From the NCBI GenBank assembly GCA_964016885.1, contig OZ024743.1, positions 35,216,001 to 35,280,000 on the forward strand: a DNA stretch of 64,000 bases. The letters are read 5' to 3'. The notes beneath the pieces are model-generated. The model worked only from the letters and a program-made list of their open reading frames with translations. It had not been told where the DNA came from and did no database searches. Below are positions 48,401 through 63,400 of the stretch, one piece after another. The position numbers and the translations under genes were made by a program. Within the stretch, counting starts at the first letter, position 1. Every line of letters starts with the position of its first letter. Origin of the DNA: Eledone cirrhosa (taxonomy: Eukaryota).

Positions 48401-51400
48401 TAGAGCTCAAGAATGGTGTCCTCAAAAACTGTATATGTGTGTGTATATATATATATGTATGCCTTTCTTTCTTGCCAGCAACAATTGGATGTCATGGCTT
48501 TGAAGATTCTACTGGAGTATCTAAATGACACAACTATTTCTCCATTACAACGTGACTTTGTTGAAACGAAAACGCCTTACTGTAGCATGGTAAGTCTGTA
48601 GTCTATTGTTAACACTACTAATTCTCTACATTTCTTAGTCCCACAACTACCACCATACCTTCTTGCTCATTATCTGTTGTGAATATGTTATACACTATAA
48701 TAAATGATCGTTATAAAAAACTTAGTGCAGCAGGGTATGGCTGTGTGGTTAAGGAGTTCATATAACAACCACATGGTTTTGTGTTCATCCTCACTGCATA
48801 ACACTTTAGGCAAATGTCTTCTATTATAACACTGGGTTGACTAATGCCTTGTAAGTGAAATTTGGTAGATGGAACTTCTAGAAGCCTGTTGTATTTTCAT
48901 CAATTTCATCATCATCATTTTACATCCACTTTTCAATATTTACATGGGTTAGATAAGTCCTCTCCTATGTAGTTTGATAAAATAAGTATGTATAGGGGAT
49001 AGCAGTTTTAGAATTATGATGTAGTGCTGTACTTGTGTAATTCTAATGCTTAGCATTTCATCTGAGTTAATAAAATAAGTACCAATTGAGTGGAGGAGAT
49101 AGCAGTCTTAGAATTATATATCTAACTATTTGTCTGTCTTTCAATCTGTAAGTTTATTTGCTATATGTCTATCTTTCTGTCTCCTCTGATAAAGAAACCT
49201 TATAGTAACACGTATTCCTTTCTCAGGTCATCTTACCTCACTCTTTGATTTGTATGGAAGTTGTGGCACACATATCTGTCCAAATAATATTTTTTTACAC
49301 ATTTTTCATGGATGAGTGAAATAAGCAAGTCATAACACTCATGTTTTTGTTTTACCCATGTCTCCATTACTTTGCTATTTCTAATTGCAGGTGACTCATG
49401 AACTTATTGAAAATTCTGTAACAGTTTTCTACTTCCATTTCCGAAGTGTCCCAAAAGAAAACCTTACAGAAATAGTTCCACAGTAAGAATTGTTTTTTTT
49501 TGTTGTTGTTGTTGTTTTTATAATTCATATTTTAATTCATCATCTTTTAATATCAATTCTTCCATGCTGGCATGGACTAGACAGGTTGTCACAGACCATA
49601 TCTGTATTCAAATCAGAGAGTTACTGTCCTCCTAAACTAGCCAAGGACCATGTCTTGCTTATATACTACTGAGCTTAATACTGTAAGTAAATGAAACACT
49701 TGTCAATTATAGAATTTTCCCTCAGCTGCTTACAACAATCAATTCCACACTGGTTTAGTAGAATAGACTTTGTGTTTGTAGCATGGTATGAATAAATCAA
49801 ACTTTTGGTTAGCAGTCTAACACTTTTGTGTATAATTTTTAATATGAGTTTTAGATGCTGGACAACTAGCCACATGGTCTTTGGTTCAACTTTTACTACA
49901 GTAACCATTGAGTTATGCTCTTGAGCAAGATACATAACTCTACTTGCTTCAGTTTGCTCAACTGAACAAATCACAGGCTCTCTCAGTGGTTAGTAGAAAG
50001 AAGTGACATCCAGCTGTAAAATCAATTACTCCTTCAAAAGTCATCCCACCCATGCAAGGAATTTGATGTAAATTAAAATATATCCTTGGAAAGAAAATTG
50101 GTGTTGAAATTAAATTTTTTTAAAATGAAACACTTGTTTTTCTTTGTCAAAATCTAAGCAATTTTAAAATGTATTAACTTCTTTCTTTGACTTCAGGTTA
50201 AACAAAACTCTGGAAAAGATTTCTACCAGAGAAGAGAAGATTGATATGAATAGAATGCAAACTGTGATCAAACGAAAGATATTGGACTTGTTGAATTGCG
50301 TAAGGACATTCTTTTTCATTCATATTCTCATTTATCTCATCTTCATATATTTGCTGTTTACCTTATATTCTGGTGTGTTCTTTATTAGAGTCAATAAAAT
50401 AAGTACATGTCAAACTGGAGTCAATTCAATTGACTAAGTCTCCCAGAAAATTGGTGGTCTTTTGGCAAAGTTACAGATACCATTATTTTCAATTAGAGTG
50501 AAGTCAGTAGTTAGTTATGTCCCTTTGAATTCCAAGTTCAGATAATTCTTGGATTTAGTTTAGCTTTAATCTTTCTGAAGTAATTAAGTAAATAGCAGTC
50601 GAGTACTATAGTCAATTTAATTAACTGTACCTTCTCTAAAAATGTCTGGCTTTGTAGATCTTAATCTCAGTCCCACTAAAGCCATTTTTTGGTGTATTTA
50701 GACAATACAATTAATTTTATATTGTCAGTTTACCTATCAAGAATAGATATATTTTCATCTCCTTAATGCTATTAAACCTATAGATATTCACTACCAAATT
50801 TTAAAAAGTTGTCTGGGTTTTAGAAGACATTTAAGAGACATTAAATCCCAGCCTTTCTTGGTCAATAAATAAAGTAGTAGTCCAGGGACAGTGGCTTGAT
50901 GGAATTGTTAGAGTCAGACAGAGTGCTTTGATTTATATACACTGGTCATAGACATACACACTCACATATATATATGCACAACAACTCCACCGGCTCTCTA
51001 TCTACTCTGTCACAACCACTATCTCTTTCTGACTCTCTATTTATGAAGGTACCCAGAAAACCCCATATCTCAGGAACCCGTGGTATGATTTACGTGAAAC
51101 TTGTTTTATTCCATTTGTATTCCCATTTCAGGGACAACTTTCTTTCAAAGTATTTCCCCATTATGCGCCCTTTTGACTGTATTACATTACAGACAAGCAA
51201 GCAAGTAATCACGGAATTTTAGTAATATACGAGACCACCTTTGACCTGTTGGGTCATGTTCACTTAAAAATAATTTTTAAATTAAAATATACACAGACAT
51301 GTATATAATGAAATTGGAAAGCCCATATATATGTGTGAGTGGGTGTATATATATATGTGTGTGTGTGTGTTTGTTATACATATATATATATATATACATG

Positions 51401-54400
51401 TGTGTGTGTATATATGTGGGTGTCTGACCTATATACACTGGTCACAGATACATACACAACACACTCACACACATATATATATATATATACAACACCACCA
51501 CCAGCTCTCTCTCTCTCTCTATGTTTCTCTTTCAATCTACTCTCTCACAACCACTATCTCTTTCTCTCTATCCTCCTCTCTCTATTTATGAAGGTACCCA
51601 GAAAAACCCCATATCTCAGGAACCTGTGCTCCAATTTACGCAAAACTTGTTTTATTCCATTTGTATTCGCATTTCAGGGTCAACTTCCTTTCAAAGTATT
51701 TTCTCATTATGTGCCATTTTGGCTGTATTACGTTACAGACAAGCAAGCAAGCAATCACAGAGTTTTAATAGTATATAGATTGAGTAATACAAATGCTAAA
51801 GTGTTAAATGATCACAATGCAAATGATGATGAATGTATTATATAATGTATGAAAACCACTAACTGTGGCTGTTGTGTAAACATTTTGTTTCATCCTTTAT
51901 TCTGTTTTTTTTTTTATTCAGGTTGAAACAGAACCACATGACACTATGGCTTTTATTCTCATAGGCGACTTCTTGTTCGGAGACTCAAAAGAAGATGTAA
52001 GTTACATAAGTATATTACACATATTCATCTTACAAATATATAGTACCAACTCCATTCAATAAAAATAGCAGCCAAACTTTCTTAAAATTGAACTCTTGTC
52101 ATTGACAATTGTACAATTTTATGACAAACTCTACAAGTATGGAAGTGCCCACAACCAAACTTGTCCAAGATGCACTCAGGGTGACAAAATCATCCTGTTG
52201 CTCTCATTCAGCTGCTTTTACATGTAGGACCCAATCCAGTTATCAGCTGAGTCTTGATTAACTTTCCACCTTTCTTTGGCGAGGAATTGTCTGTCTGGTG
52301 GGAACTGCAAAGTAAGTTGTTTGGTTAAAAGGTTTTAGAACGGGATTTTGCCTCTCTGGCCAAACCCTCAACTTGAAGATGAGGGTGAGGATAGAGAAGG
52401 TACTGCTCTCCAGTGTGTTTCACGAAAGGTAGGCCAGAACAGTGAAATTTACACTGATTATTTAACAATTAACAAATTGGAAGAAACTTTTAATGCATCA
52501 CTGTGAGGCTTTAAAATCTATGGGTTTTTTTTGTTTGTTTTTTTTGTCCTATTGGGCAATTTTCTTTATTCACATATTTTTGTTGATTTCAACCCTCACT
52601 GTTTTATATTTCATCCTTGTATTGTTCCAAACGTCTTCGGTCCTTGTACCTATAAAAGAAATCTTTTTTTATCATTGTCATTATTTTTAATCATTTAACA
52701 ATTTTAGCTTGAGTTGCGAACCAATCCATTGTCTTGTTATGAAGAATTGGATAAGAAACCAGAATCATACTGGGTCACTTTGCTTCAGACTTACTGTGTT
52801 CAAAATCAGAATATTTCTGTAAGTATTGCTCTGTCTTTTATTGTCACTTTTTATTATTATTAAAGACATATAATATGAATCAATGACAGATGTTGTATTC
52901 CTGATGAAAGGAAATCTGTGGTAAAGTCTTTCTCAGATTTCAGAACTTTTGATAAAATGTTTTTAGTTCCAAGGTGAAAACCCTTCAAAATACAATTAAA
53001 ACCAACTTGGAATTTTTACATTCCACCTTCTGTTGAGCTACAATGTACAATATCTATGTTCAAGATGCTAGATGATCAACTGTTGTATTGTGCCACTGAG
53101 CTAGTTACTCCAGTTTGATAAAACAAAACTACCATTTCTACTTTACTGTTGAGTGGTTCGCAATAGGAAAGACATCCAGCTGTAAAAATAATTGCTGCTC
53201 CAACAGTAAATAATCCCACTTATTTTACCATGGATAATGGGATGCTAAATATATAAAAAAGAAAACTATGTTAATGTATGAGGATTGATCTTGTGATGGT
53301 ATCAAGAATGAATGTTCTAGTTGTTTAAATAACAGAACTACCTAGTAATATTATGTTAGTGGTTGAGTATTTCACAGATATTTCTACTCTTTGATTATGG
53401 ATTCATTTCACTTAAATTGATTTTAGACAGTTTTGTCTAGCAAGTTTTTCACTTGTAGTAACCTAAAGATATGGTAGTGCATTGTGGGATTGGGTCTGGA
53501 ATCTCAGGATTGTAAACTTCTTTAACTATATGGCTTTGATTACATGCATATAGACCCACCAAGGAGAGTACATTTACATATGCATACACACTTCCTTTTC
53601 CTCAGTACTGGCCTGATGTATAAAGGAAGGTTTTCGATGGAAGATGCTTTACAAAGATGAATATGTGGAAGTTGAATTATTAAAATGATGAAAGTGATAG
53701 AGCATGTGGTAAGGTGGAAAGAACAGGAAGGTAACTGTTTGCTGGAAGGGTGTTGGAGAGGGAATTCCATTAAATATAGATTATGTACTGGGTGAGTACA
53801 TTGAAAATGTAGTGGTATGAGAAGATCATTATATGATATGGCAGCTACATTTAAATGTAAGGTGGGAATAGAGGATGCTGGACCTTGGAAATGGTCTGAA
53901 GATGGCACTTAATGGCATGCTAATGAATAGAAGAGTACTGCTTAAACTGAAGGGAAAGGTATATGCTTATTGTTGTCCTTATATTTCACATCTTAACACT
54001 TTATATAATCCTCCAGATTCACTGCTCTACCATCACACATTTTACTCATGTCTCCTAATATTCATTTCAGATTATAGCTACACCAAGTAAATCTATGATG
54101 AAACAAATGAGTGATGTTGAACAGAAGCGCCTAGATGAACAGAAAGCTCAATTAGGAAAGTGTGGTCTGGATCAAAAAGAAAGGGAGTTATTAGAGGCCA
54201 TTGAAACGAATGAGGTAAATTTGTTTGTTTTTACATCTCATATTCTTATTCTATTGTCCATCATCATCATCATATGTCCACCTTCTGTGCTGACATGAGT
54301 TGGTCAAGTTATTACGGTTCGAATCATTTCTTATTCGGAGTTACTGACCTCCTACATGGGTTGGTGACCATGCCCTGCTCTTTTGTTCCAGAATTAACCT

Positions 54401-57400
54401 CCTATCATTGGTTGACTAGTTCTTAACTGAACAAAATTGTTTTATAACTTGGTGAGCTATATGTGAACAATCAATTGGTTCATTCAACAAATTTTTCTTT
54501 GAGGTTATTGTTTAAATAATTATGTTTAAAGTATAAAGCTTGAACATTTTTCAAACATAATTTTATTTGCTGCTGCTGAATTTTGACCAAGAACTGGTAT
54601 GTATAATTGGTACCAAGACATCAACTTTGAAATATGTGCTTGATTCCTATCTGGTACTCTTTCATAAATCATCTGTATCTGTAACCATACCTGTTTTAAA
54701 CTCATGTAATGATATAATGTATTCTTTGTTCAAAACCGCTTTAGTCTTTCAAAAATTGCATTCTTAAGTCACACTTTCTTTTGCAGATTAAACCAGAGGA
54801 TGATATACTACGTAGTCTTCCTGTGCCTGATGTTACTAACATCCAGTTCCATCCTTTACATCCTTACTGCAACTATAGATCTAAAGACTGCGACAAGTCC
54901 GATGTGTTTCCCATTGATGATATTCCTTTTAAGTTCCAACTTGATGACTTACAAACTAGTTTTGTACAGGTCAGTAGCATTTTTCTTGGTAGTCCACCTG
55001 CCAGTTGATGTTGACTGAGAAGTCAGTGTACAAAAGGTAACCTATGAGTTACTGCGACTTGGATTTAGGGTTAACTCTTAACATCCTGAAATGATCTGAC
55101 AGAAAATATCTAAAAACGGATTTGTTCATACCAAATGTTAATAGTATTTTTACTAGTGGACAGATCATGAAAATTTGTTGTAAACTAAAGTCATCCATTT
55201 TTACTGTGATGCAGTCAGTGCTGCTTTGTACTGTCTTGCTAATGTTGTTTCATGCAACATAGAATTTAGGCTTACGTTTTAAGAAAGAAGACTGAACTGT
55301 TGTCATGCTTGTTTCATTATTAGTGATATAAATGAAGTGTTGAGTTAGGTCGGTCTGCCTGCTACTGGTACCATATAACCCAGTACAACCTGCTTCCTGG
55401 TCGAGTGGTGGTCGGTGACTAAATTGGCTCCCCCTCAGACCCTGGCCTAGTGAGAAGTGTAAGGGGAATCCCAGCAGCACAAAAATAAACACCAAGAGCT
55501 GTTAAAAGGGCATCCACCGTAATTATGAGTTATATAGCCTCACCAACCCGCAATTGGCCAAGTGTGGTCAGTATGGCTACACCCCTGACATGTCGAAAAC
55601 CAAACAGAAAGCGGTGGCAGTCAACTTGGGACAGGTTCCTCCAACAGGAGTGAGAAGCTCTGGATTGAAAATCAATCCCAGTGCTTAGTTGGTACTTATT
55701 CTACCAACTCTCAAAGAGATGAATGTCGTAGTCAATCATGGTGAGATTTGAACTTTGAGCATAAATGGATGTAACTAAATGCCACAAGGTATTCTACTGT
55801 TTCTACTATTTACCACTTCACCTTATTAATGAAAATATGGACATAGTATGGCTGAATGATTGTGAAATTTACTGGATAGGATCTTTAGCAAGTGTCATTT
55901 ACCATAGCCTCAGGTTGACCTAAGCCTTATTAGTGAAGTTGGGTAGACAGAAATTGTTTGGAAACCTCTTGGATGGACTACCTGTAATTCAAAAGACCAG
56001 GCTTGTCAATGACATTAAAAGGTACACATGTCAATGAGTTTCAACTGGAACACTCACTGCCTTTAATTCTTCTGAAATAAAATAAAAACCAGTTATAAAC
56101 TATAATTAACTATATTCCTCTCAGTTACTATTTGTGGCCTGTAGCAATGTTAGAAACCATTTCTTATTTCTAAATTTTTTTTTTTTTTTTTTTTTTTTCT
56201 GCAGATGACTGCTGTGTTAGACACTGTGAACATTCCTAGTGAGTTGCGCTATTATCTCCCTCTTTATTTAGAGGTTTTGTTTGAAAGCCCTATTCTAAGA
56301 AATGGAGGTAAGTCTTTTTGCATGTTTAATTCTTCACTGTTCCATAGCTTAACCCTTTAGCATTTATCTGGCCAGAATTCTCTCACCTCTTTCTATTCAA
56401 ACCGGCTGTAACTGGCCACTCATACTGACATTAAGGTATTGTTCTCAAAATCTCATAGATTTGATATGTGAAATGATTATGTGAGATAAAGCCTTTACTA
56501 CGAAAATACAATAGTAAATGCCAAAGGGTTAACTAGATTAGCTGGGGCTTTTCATATTTGTATAGGAAGAGAACCAGTGTTTTCAACCTGATATGACTAT
56601 ATTGATATGATACCCTGTTCGGAAGAGGTACACCATATTCCTGCATTTGTAAGAGTTGACAAAAAAAGTTGGCACCCTGGAGGGCATCTAGCATTAAACC
56701 CTCAAAAGGATCACATAATGAGTAGGGTTAAGCCTGACATGGGACCTCAACTTTGAGAAACACAGTCCTTGTAAATGAGGACTACAAAGATTATGAGAAC
56801 CACCTCTCTATTTCAAAGTGATTGACAGATACTCAAGCACAGTTAATAGCTAACACATACACTCATACACATGTACATGTTTATTGCACATACACATATA
56901 TGTATATACACCTACATATTCACATACATATACATAAATATACATATAAACAGGATAGTACACCTAAATAAAATTGTAGAGAAGTAATGTTTGTGTCTTT
57001 TGTTTTTGGTATACAGAGTTGATTTCTTACAAGACCATTGTAGCAGAATTGCAGTCAGACACGCTGGAGAACATTGCTAGTCTCGGTATTGATGGTTCCA
57101 AATTCTTCTGTGGTAGTTTTTCCCAGGCTCTTATAATAACACTCAAGGTCAGTAGCTGTATTTTATGACAACCCAAATACTTTTCTATCATACTGAAGGT
57201 GCCTTGGTGTTGAATCTTCAGTGTTCGTTATGTTGCCTTTGACAAATAATATGCCCCTCTACTGGTCAAAATGTGCTTCCTTGTTGGTTATAATGCTTCT
57301 GTGCCTATCAAGATGCCCAACACTAAATCAAGTGACTCAGTGCTGATGAAAGCACCTTAACAATAATTATTGCCAGTAAAGCAATAAACATGTTGCTTCT

Positions 57401-60400
57401 ATGCTAACAAAGGTACCTCAGCTGTAAACAATTGCTTCAGTTCTACCTTGGTGTTCAAAATATCTATAGGTATTCATTCTCTAATGTATTGTAAACGTTT
57501 TACTTGCACTTGCAGGTCGAATGTGAGAAATATCATAAGGGTGTGCAGTGGTTGAAAGAACTGCTTTATCAAGTGCAATTCACTAAAGAGAGACTGAAAA
57601 TTGGAGCCACTAAGATAGTAAATGATGTCCCTATGTTGAAACGGCGTGGGCCTGCTGTAGTCAGAACTGTTCTTTATAGCTTGCTCTATAACACAGGTAT
57701 GTGTATCCTTCTTTCTCTTTCTCATTCATATATATATACCCACACCAAACGTTTGCAACATCATTTTAATATCTATAGGGTTTATATGTAAAGAGATCAG
57801 ATCTTCAAAGAGGTCCAGTTTGATATAACTCTAGTATGAATATACTCTACAAATATCTGTAAACAAAAGTAACAACTAGCACAGTACATGGTTTAGGTCA
57901 CAGAATGGAATCTTTTGTGAATAAAGATCTGAAACAAGTTTTTCTTTATTAGCTGTTATGTGTACCCATCTCTATGTTATATGTATCAATATTTTATGTG
58001 TACTTATCTGTATTTTGTTTGAACCAATATATAATAATATCTATTTGGCAGTATCGGTAGAGGGTCGGACGCCATGCTTTGACGCATAGAGTTATGGCCC
58101 TTGTCATTCTGAGTTCAAATCTCGCCGAGGTTAACTTTGCCTTTCATCCTGACATCATCATCATCATCATCATCATCAGGTTTAGCGTCCGTGTTCCACG
58201 CTTGCATGGGTTTGGATGGGGGTTTTCCCACTTGAGGCAAGAGTGGTTGTCTTGCTCGCATAGGACTGTCTGGCGGGTTTTCTACAGTTGGATGCCCTTC
58301 CTAACACCAACCACATTTACAGTGTGGGGCTGGGAGGTTTTTACCGTGTTGCCTACACGGCCACATTACAGCGTGGACTGTCTGGCGGGTTTTCTACAGC
58401 TGGATGCCCTTCCTAACACCAACCACATTTACAGTGTGGGGCTGGGAGGTTTTTACCGTGTTGCTTACACGGCCACATTTACAGCGTGGACTGTGTGTTT
58501 TTTTGTCGTGACACCTACACGATCTCATTTGTTTCGGCCTGGATGTTGTGGGACCAACATAACTGTACATTGAAAGGGGCGGTGTGGATGGGGTGGAGGT
58601 GGTGGGACGGGGGGGTGTTTTGATAGAGATGCCTACTGACTGTAGTAGGTTTTTACTTTGTATTTAGGTAAGGCGGGTCTTCTCTATTACTGAGTACCGC
58701 CAAAGGTCTCGGTCCAGTGACATTGTCTTGGAGAGGTGTAAGCGTGTCAGGTCGGAATTTATCAGCTCGTCCCATGTTTTTCTGGGTCTGCCTACTCCGT
58801 GGCTACCGTCTATCTTTATTGCCCTGCACTTTGTTATACAGCTGTCGTCTTTCATGCGCATCACGTGACCGTACCAACGTAGCCTTCTCTCGAGTAAACA
58901 ACATCTGATCCCTCTTATTTCTAATTTTTTCCTTAGTTCGTTTATGCTTTGCCGTTCACGTTGATAAAATAAAGTACCAGTAATACACTAGGTAATTGCT
59001 GGCCTTGTGCCAAAAGTAGAAACAATTATTACTATCTCTATTCCACTCCAACACATGCAGATTCCAACATCTCCGCTAGCAGTATGCTGCGACAGAATAA
59101 GTTCCTCACTGATGTGTTGACACAGTTAGACACCAACCCTGATGCTGTAAGTTCACCATTTTACATTTTCCACATTAAAACCTATCCTTTTTCCTCATAT
59201 ATAGTCAACATACTATTATCTTTCCACCTGCAATCCACCTTTCCCAGAGACAGACTTGAAAAAGTATGAGGACACATGCTATCAATCAGGTCAGAGGTAA
59301 AATGTGTCTCTATGAAAGTAGAATGCACCAGTTCACATGGCACTAATGAGCTTACTATCTTTAAGTCGGTTTTATTTACCCATGCTAGCATGGAAAGTGG
59401 ATATTAAACGAGATGATCATCATCATCACCACTGTTTAATGTCCATTTTTCCATGCTTGCAGGTATTAGACAAGTTGTCCTGTTGTGCAACAAGTCAGCT
59501 CAATTGACTGTGTTGCTCATGCTGGGGTGATTTTTTTTTTTTTTTTACAGCTGGATGCCCTTCCCAATGCCAACCACAATTACAAAGTAGACCGGGTGCT
59601 TTCTATCATGACACCTATATGGACTGGGGGAAGTGCATGGGGATTGGAGAGGCAGATGTAAGGTAGGGCACTTATCTGGTGATGGTGGGGTATTAGGACG
59701 TTGGAGGTGTATGGAAGAGGGGAAGGTACAGAAGAATAGTGCATACTAGATATATGCTTCAACTTGTGCACATGGGAAGGTGGGTCTTTTGTATTAATGC
59801 ATAAGATATTCCTCTTATTTAACTAATCCACAACTCTCATGTAAAACTAGAAATAATGACTATATAAGCAGTTTTCATATATAACCTAAATAACTATATT
59901 TTCACTGCAACAATACAGCTATTTTGCTTAATATTCAATGTGCTTCAGATAACTGTGATAAATGTACTGTTTATGATCCGGGTCATTGAAATCATGTATT
60001 TTGAATTATTGCTCTATAATATGGCTTTTGCTTTTATCAATCACATTGCTGCATTTTTCTAGAATAAGAATAGTTGAAACATTGAGTTGGTGTAGTGTAG
60101 TGTGCTCTTATGTAATATAACAGTGTTGTGAAATTTAGTAATACTTAAGTGGACCTAATCTTTCCTAAATATTAGTTTATACCTCAATACCACAACATAT
60201 ATAAAAATTTTCCACTTAAAATACATTTCAACTTTCATCTGAAGGTCATTGAGAAAATGGAGAAACTACGATCAAGCTTAACAAAGGGTGATAATTTGTG
60301 TATCCATATGACTGCCAACCTGAAGACATTGAAGCTTGATGTACCCCCAGAGCAGCCATGGAAGACATTTATACCTGATACATGTGAACAATGTACTGAT

Positions 60401-63400
60401 AAATTAAGGTAACACTCTACCTGATCTTTTACTCTTTCTTCTGCTTTCTTATTCCAAGCAGGTATTAAGAAGAGATTGTGATGAGCACTAGAGCGTAATA
60501 TACCCTCTTTCATGACCGAGAAGTTGCCATGGGATATTCTGGAGATTAATCCATTGCTTTTATCCAGAAAGGGTATATATTGGACATAAATCCCAAGTTT
60601 CAAAACTACAAAGAGCATATACAAAGTTCCTCTCTTCTTGGATATGATGCCAATCTGCTATCATTAGTATTGAGTTTAGTCTCAACTTTGGTTGTATCAG
60701 TAGGTGGCTATGTACACAGCACAGTATCAATACCAATACATAATCAATCAACACATCAGCCTTCTCTGTTTACCATAGCTTAAATATATATATATACCAG
60801 CATTTTACATATGTTTACCATGCTGGCATGGTTTGGACAGGTTGTCAAGGCCTGAGATTAGACAAGTTGAAGAGACCTCATCTTACTCATATTCCATATT
60901 TGGCATGATTTCTACAGCTGGATGCCTTTCTTAATACCAACCACTTTATACCAGATGCATTTTATTGTGGCACCAGTACTAGAAAAGTTGTCAATGTCAT
61001 TGACCTCCTCCCCAAAATTGCTGGCCTTGTACCTGAATCAAACAATTATACAATAAAATACCAGTCAACTACTGGGCTTGATTTCACTGACACCTCCAAG
61101 TTTTTGACCTTGTGTCTGAATTAGAAACCATTATTACTACCGCCGAGGTTAACTTTGCTTTTCATCCTTACGGGGTCGATAAAATAAAGTACCAGTAATG
61201 TACTGGGTAATTGCTGGCCTTGTGCCAAAAAGTAGAAATAATTATTACTATTATTCCTTTCATCCTCCCTGGGTTGGTAAAAGGAATTACTAGTTAAGTA
61301 CTGAAGTTGATTTAATGCCCTCTCTTGCCCTCCTCCCACAAAAAAAAATTGCTGGCCTAGTGTCGAAATCAGAAGGGTCTGACGCCATGCTTTGCAGCAA
61401 AAAGTTATGGCCCTTTATGGCCTGAGTTCAAATCCCGCCGAGGTTAACTTTGACTTTCATCCTTATGGAGTTGATAAAATAAAGCACCAGTAATACACTG
61501 GGATAATTGCTGGCCTTGTGCCAAAAGTAGAAACAATTATTATATGGTGGACATGTTTGAAAGGGTTGAAGACAAGCACTTTCCTCTTCAACAAAACCCT
61601 GATTAAGTGTTTCAGGTTTCACTTGAACAGGAAGATCAGGGTAGTTTGACAGGAAGATCAGTAGTTTGACGAAAGATGGACGAAAGATGGATGAGAGAGG
61701 CGAACATGGCCCAAGTGAATGTGCTTGTAGATAGAGGAGGACAACTGGGAGAAAGCACTTGCCCTAACAGTCAGAGTGACTATGGAATTTAGTGGGCTTT
61801 CTTCGTGTATGACCCTTGGAAGTTCCCACATTGGGGAATTTATTTTGTTTGAATTTTTACATGTTTTCCTAGTTTTTGTGAAAAACTTTTTACATGCCAA
61901 AACCCACCCTGCGTGGCTTATAAAGAAATTATTATTATTAATAATTTAATTGTTTCTACTTTTGGCAAAAGGCCAGCAATTACCCAATGTATTACTGGTA
62001 CTTTATTTTATCGACCCCGTAAGGATGAAAGGCAAAGTTAACCTTATTATTAATAATTTAATGATATATATTTTGTTTATTTTTCTTTAGGCCATTCTTA
62101 AGGCGTACTTCAGATTTTATCCGGCCAATTGAGACAGTTCCAAATCCACATGTGATTATTGGTATTGGGTCAGAAGAATCTGCTTACCTCTACCTTACTG
62201 TTCCTGTATTTATAGCATATGATAACCCAGATCTGCCAGTTCTGTTGGTACTGCTACAATATCTCACACTCTGTGAGGGTCCTATGTGGAAACAGATTAG
62301 AGGCTTGGGTCTCTCCTACAGTTATAAGTAAGTTCAGATTTTTCTTGTTTAACTTGTAACATACTATAAAGATTTAGCAGAAAATGTCTAAAAATGGGTT
62401 TGTTAATTCAAATATTTATAGTATCTTTTTATTAGCAGACAGATTTGTAATTTTCAAGAATATCTTGCTAATGTGGTTTCATGTGATACAGAATGTTAAG
62501 AGTAAATGATATATCAAGACAAAATAACTGAGGTTAAGATGATAGTCTACTGACCTTGGGTTTAAATTTTACTATGGCAGTCTTTTTGTTGTGTACCTTG
62601 GGGAAGCACTAGTCTGCCTCAATGATAAAAGGTTCTATTCCTTCGTGGTTAAGTTGTTATTGTTAGGAAGGTCATTTAGCTGTAAAAATAATTACTCCAG
62701 CAGTATTGCAAACAGATTTAACTTTTCCTGAACCAATTCTCTATGTAGGTAATTCCTTTAAACATCAACATTGTTGTAATGTCAATTGAGTTGATGGCTT
62801 GCAATGCTAAGCTCTGTTCCATCCTTGAGAAAGCTACTCTTCCTAGATTTACATTTCCTTTTTATTTACTTAATGCAAAACAAATAAGACAAAAGCATCT
62901 TTACCTTAGATCATTGGAGTTGAGAAAGAGGAAATTATTATATGGAGAAATGGATATAAAGCTGCTCATCTTGTGTCTTCTATAGAGAAACCAGTCCTGA
63001 AAAATTCACTTTACTTATGACTTGAATAATGATTCAAACTGCATCCAACTGTAAAAACAATTGCTTCAACAAGTCAATGAAATGTCCTATATGTGGTCAC
63101 TTAACCTGTTAATAATATCAACCAACCTCTACTGTTTCAAAATGTCAAATTTACAAAAAGACTATCCAACCCACAGAGTGTCATGCAAAAATTAATGTAA
63201 AAATATAAATATAAATAAATGGAAAAAAACTGCTTTTCGTTAAAGATGAAATAACATTTTTTTCAGAGGTCTGTTCTGGGTTGAATGTAGAATGAATTTA
63301 AACTGTAGAAGTAGATATGAAAGAATTGTGAAAGACAATCATAAGAATCAAATCTCTGTTCACACTTAGTTTAAAATATATGTATCGTGCTAATATTTTC

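Noticed and set aside
55330-55660. GC-richer block, possibly an RTE 5'UTR with an HDV-like ribozyme (also 52190-52440)
   Set aside because: I could not build the nested pseudoknot by eye; it needs a covariance-model search.
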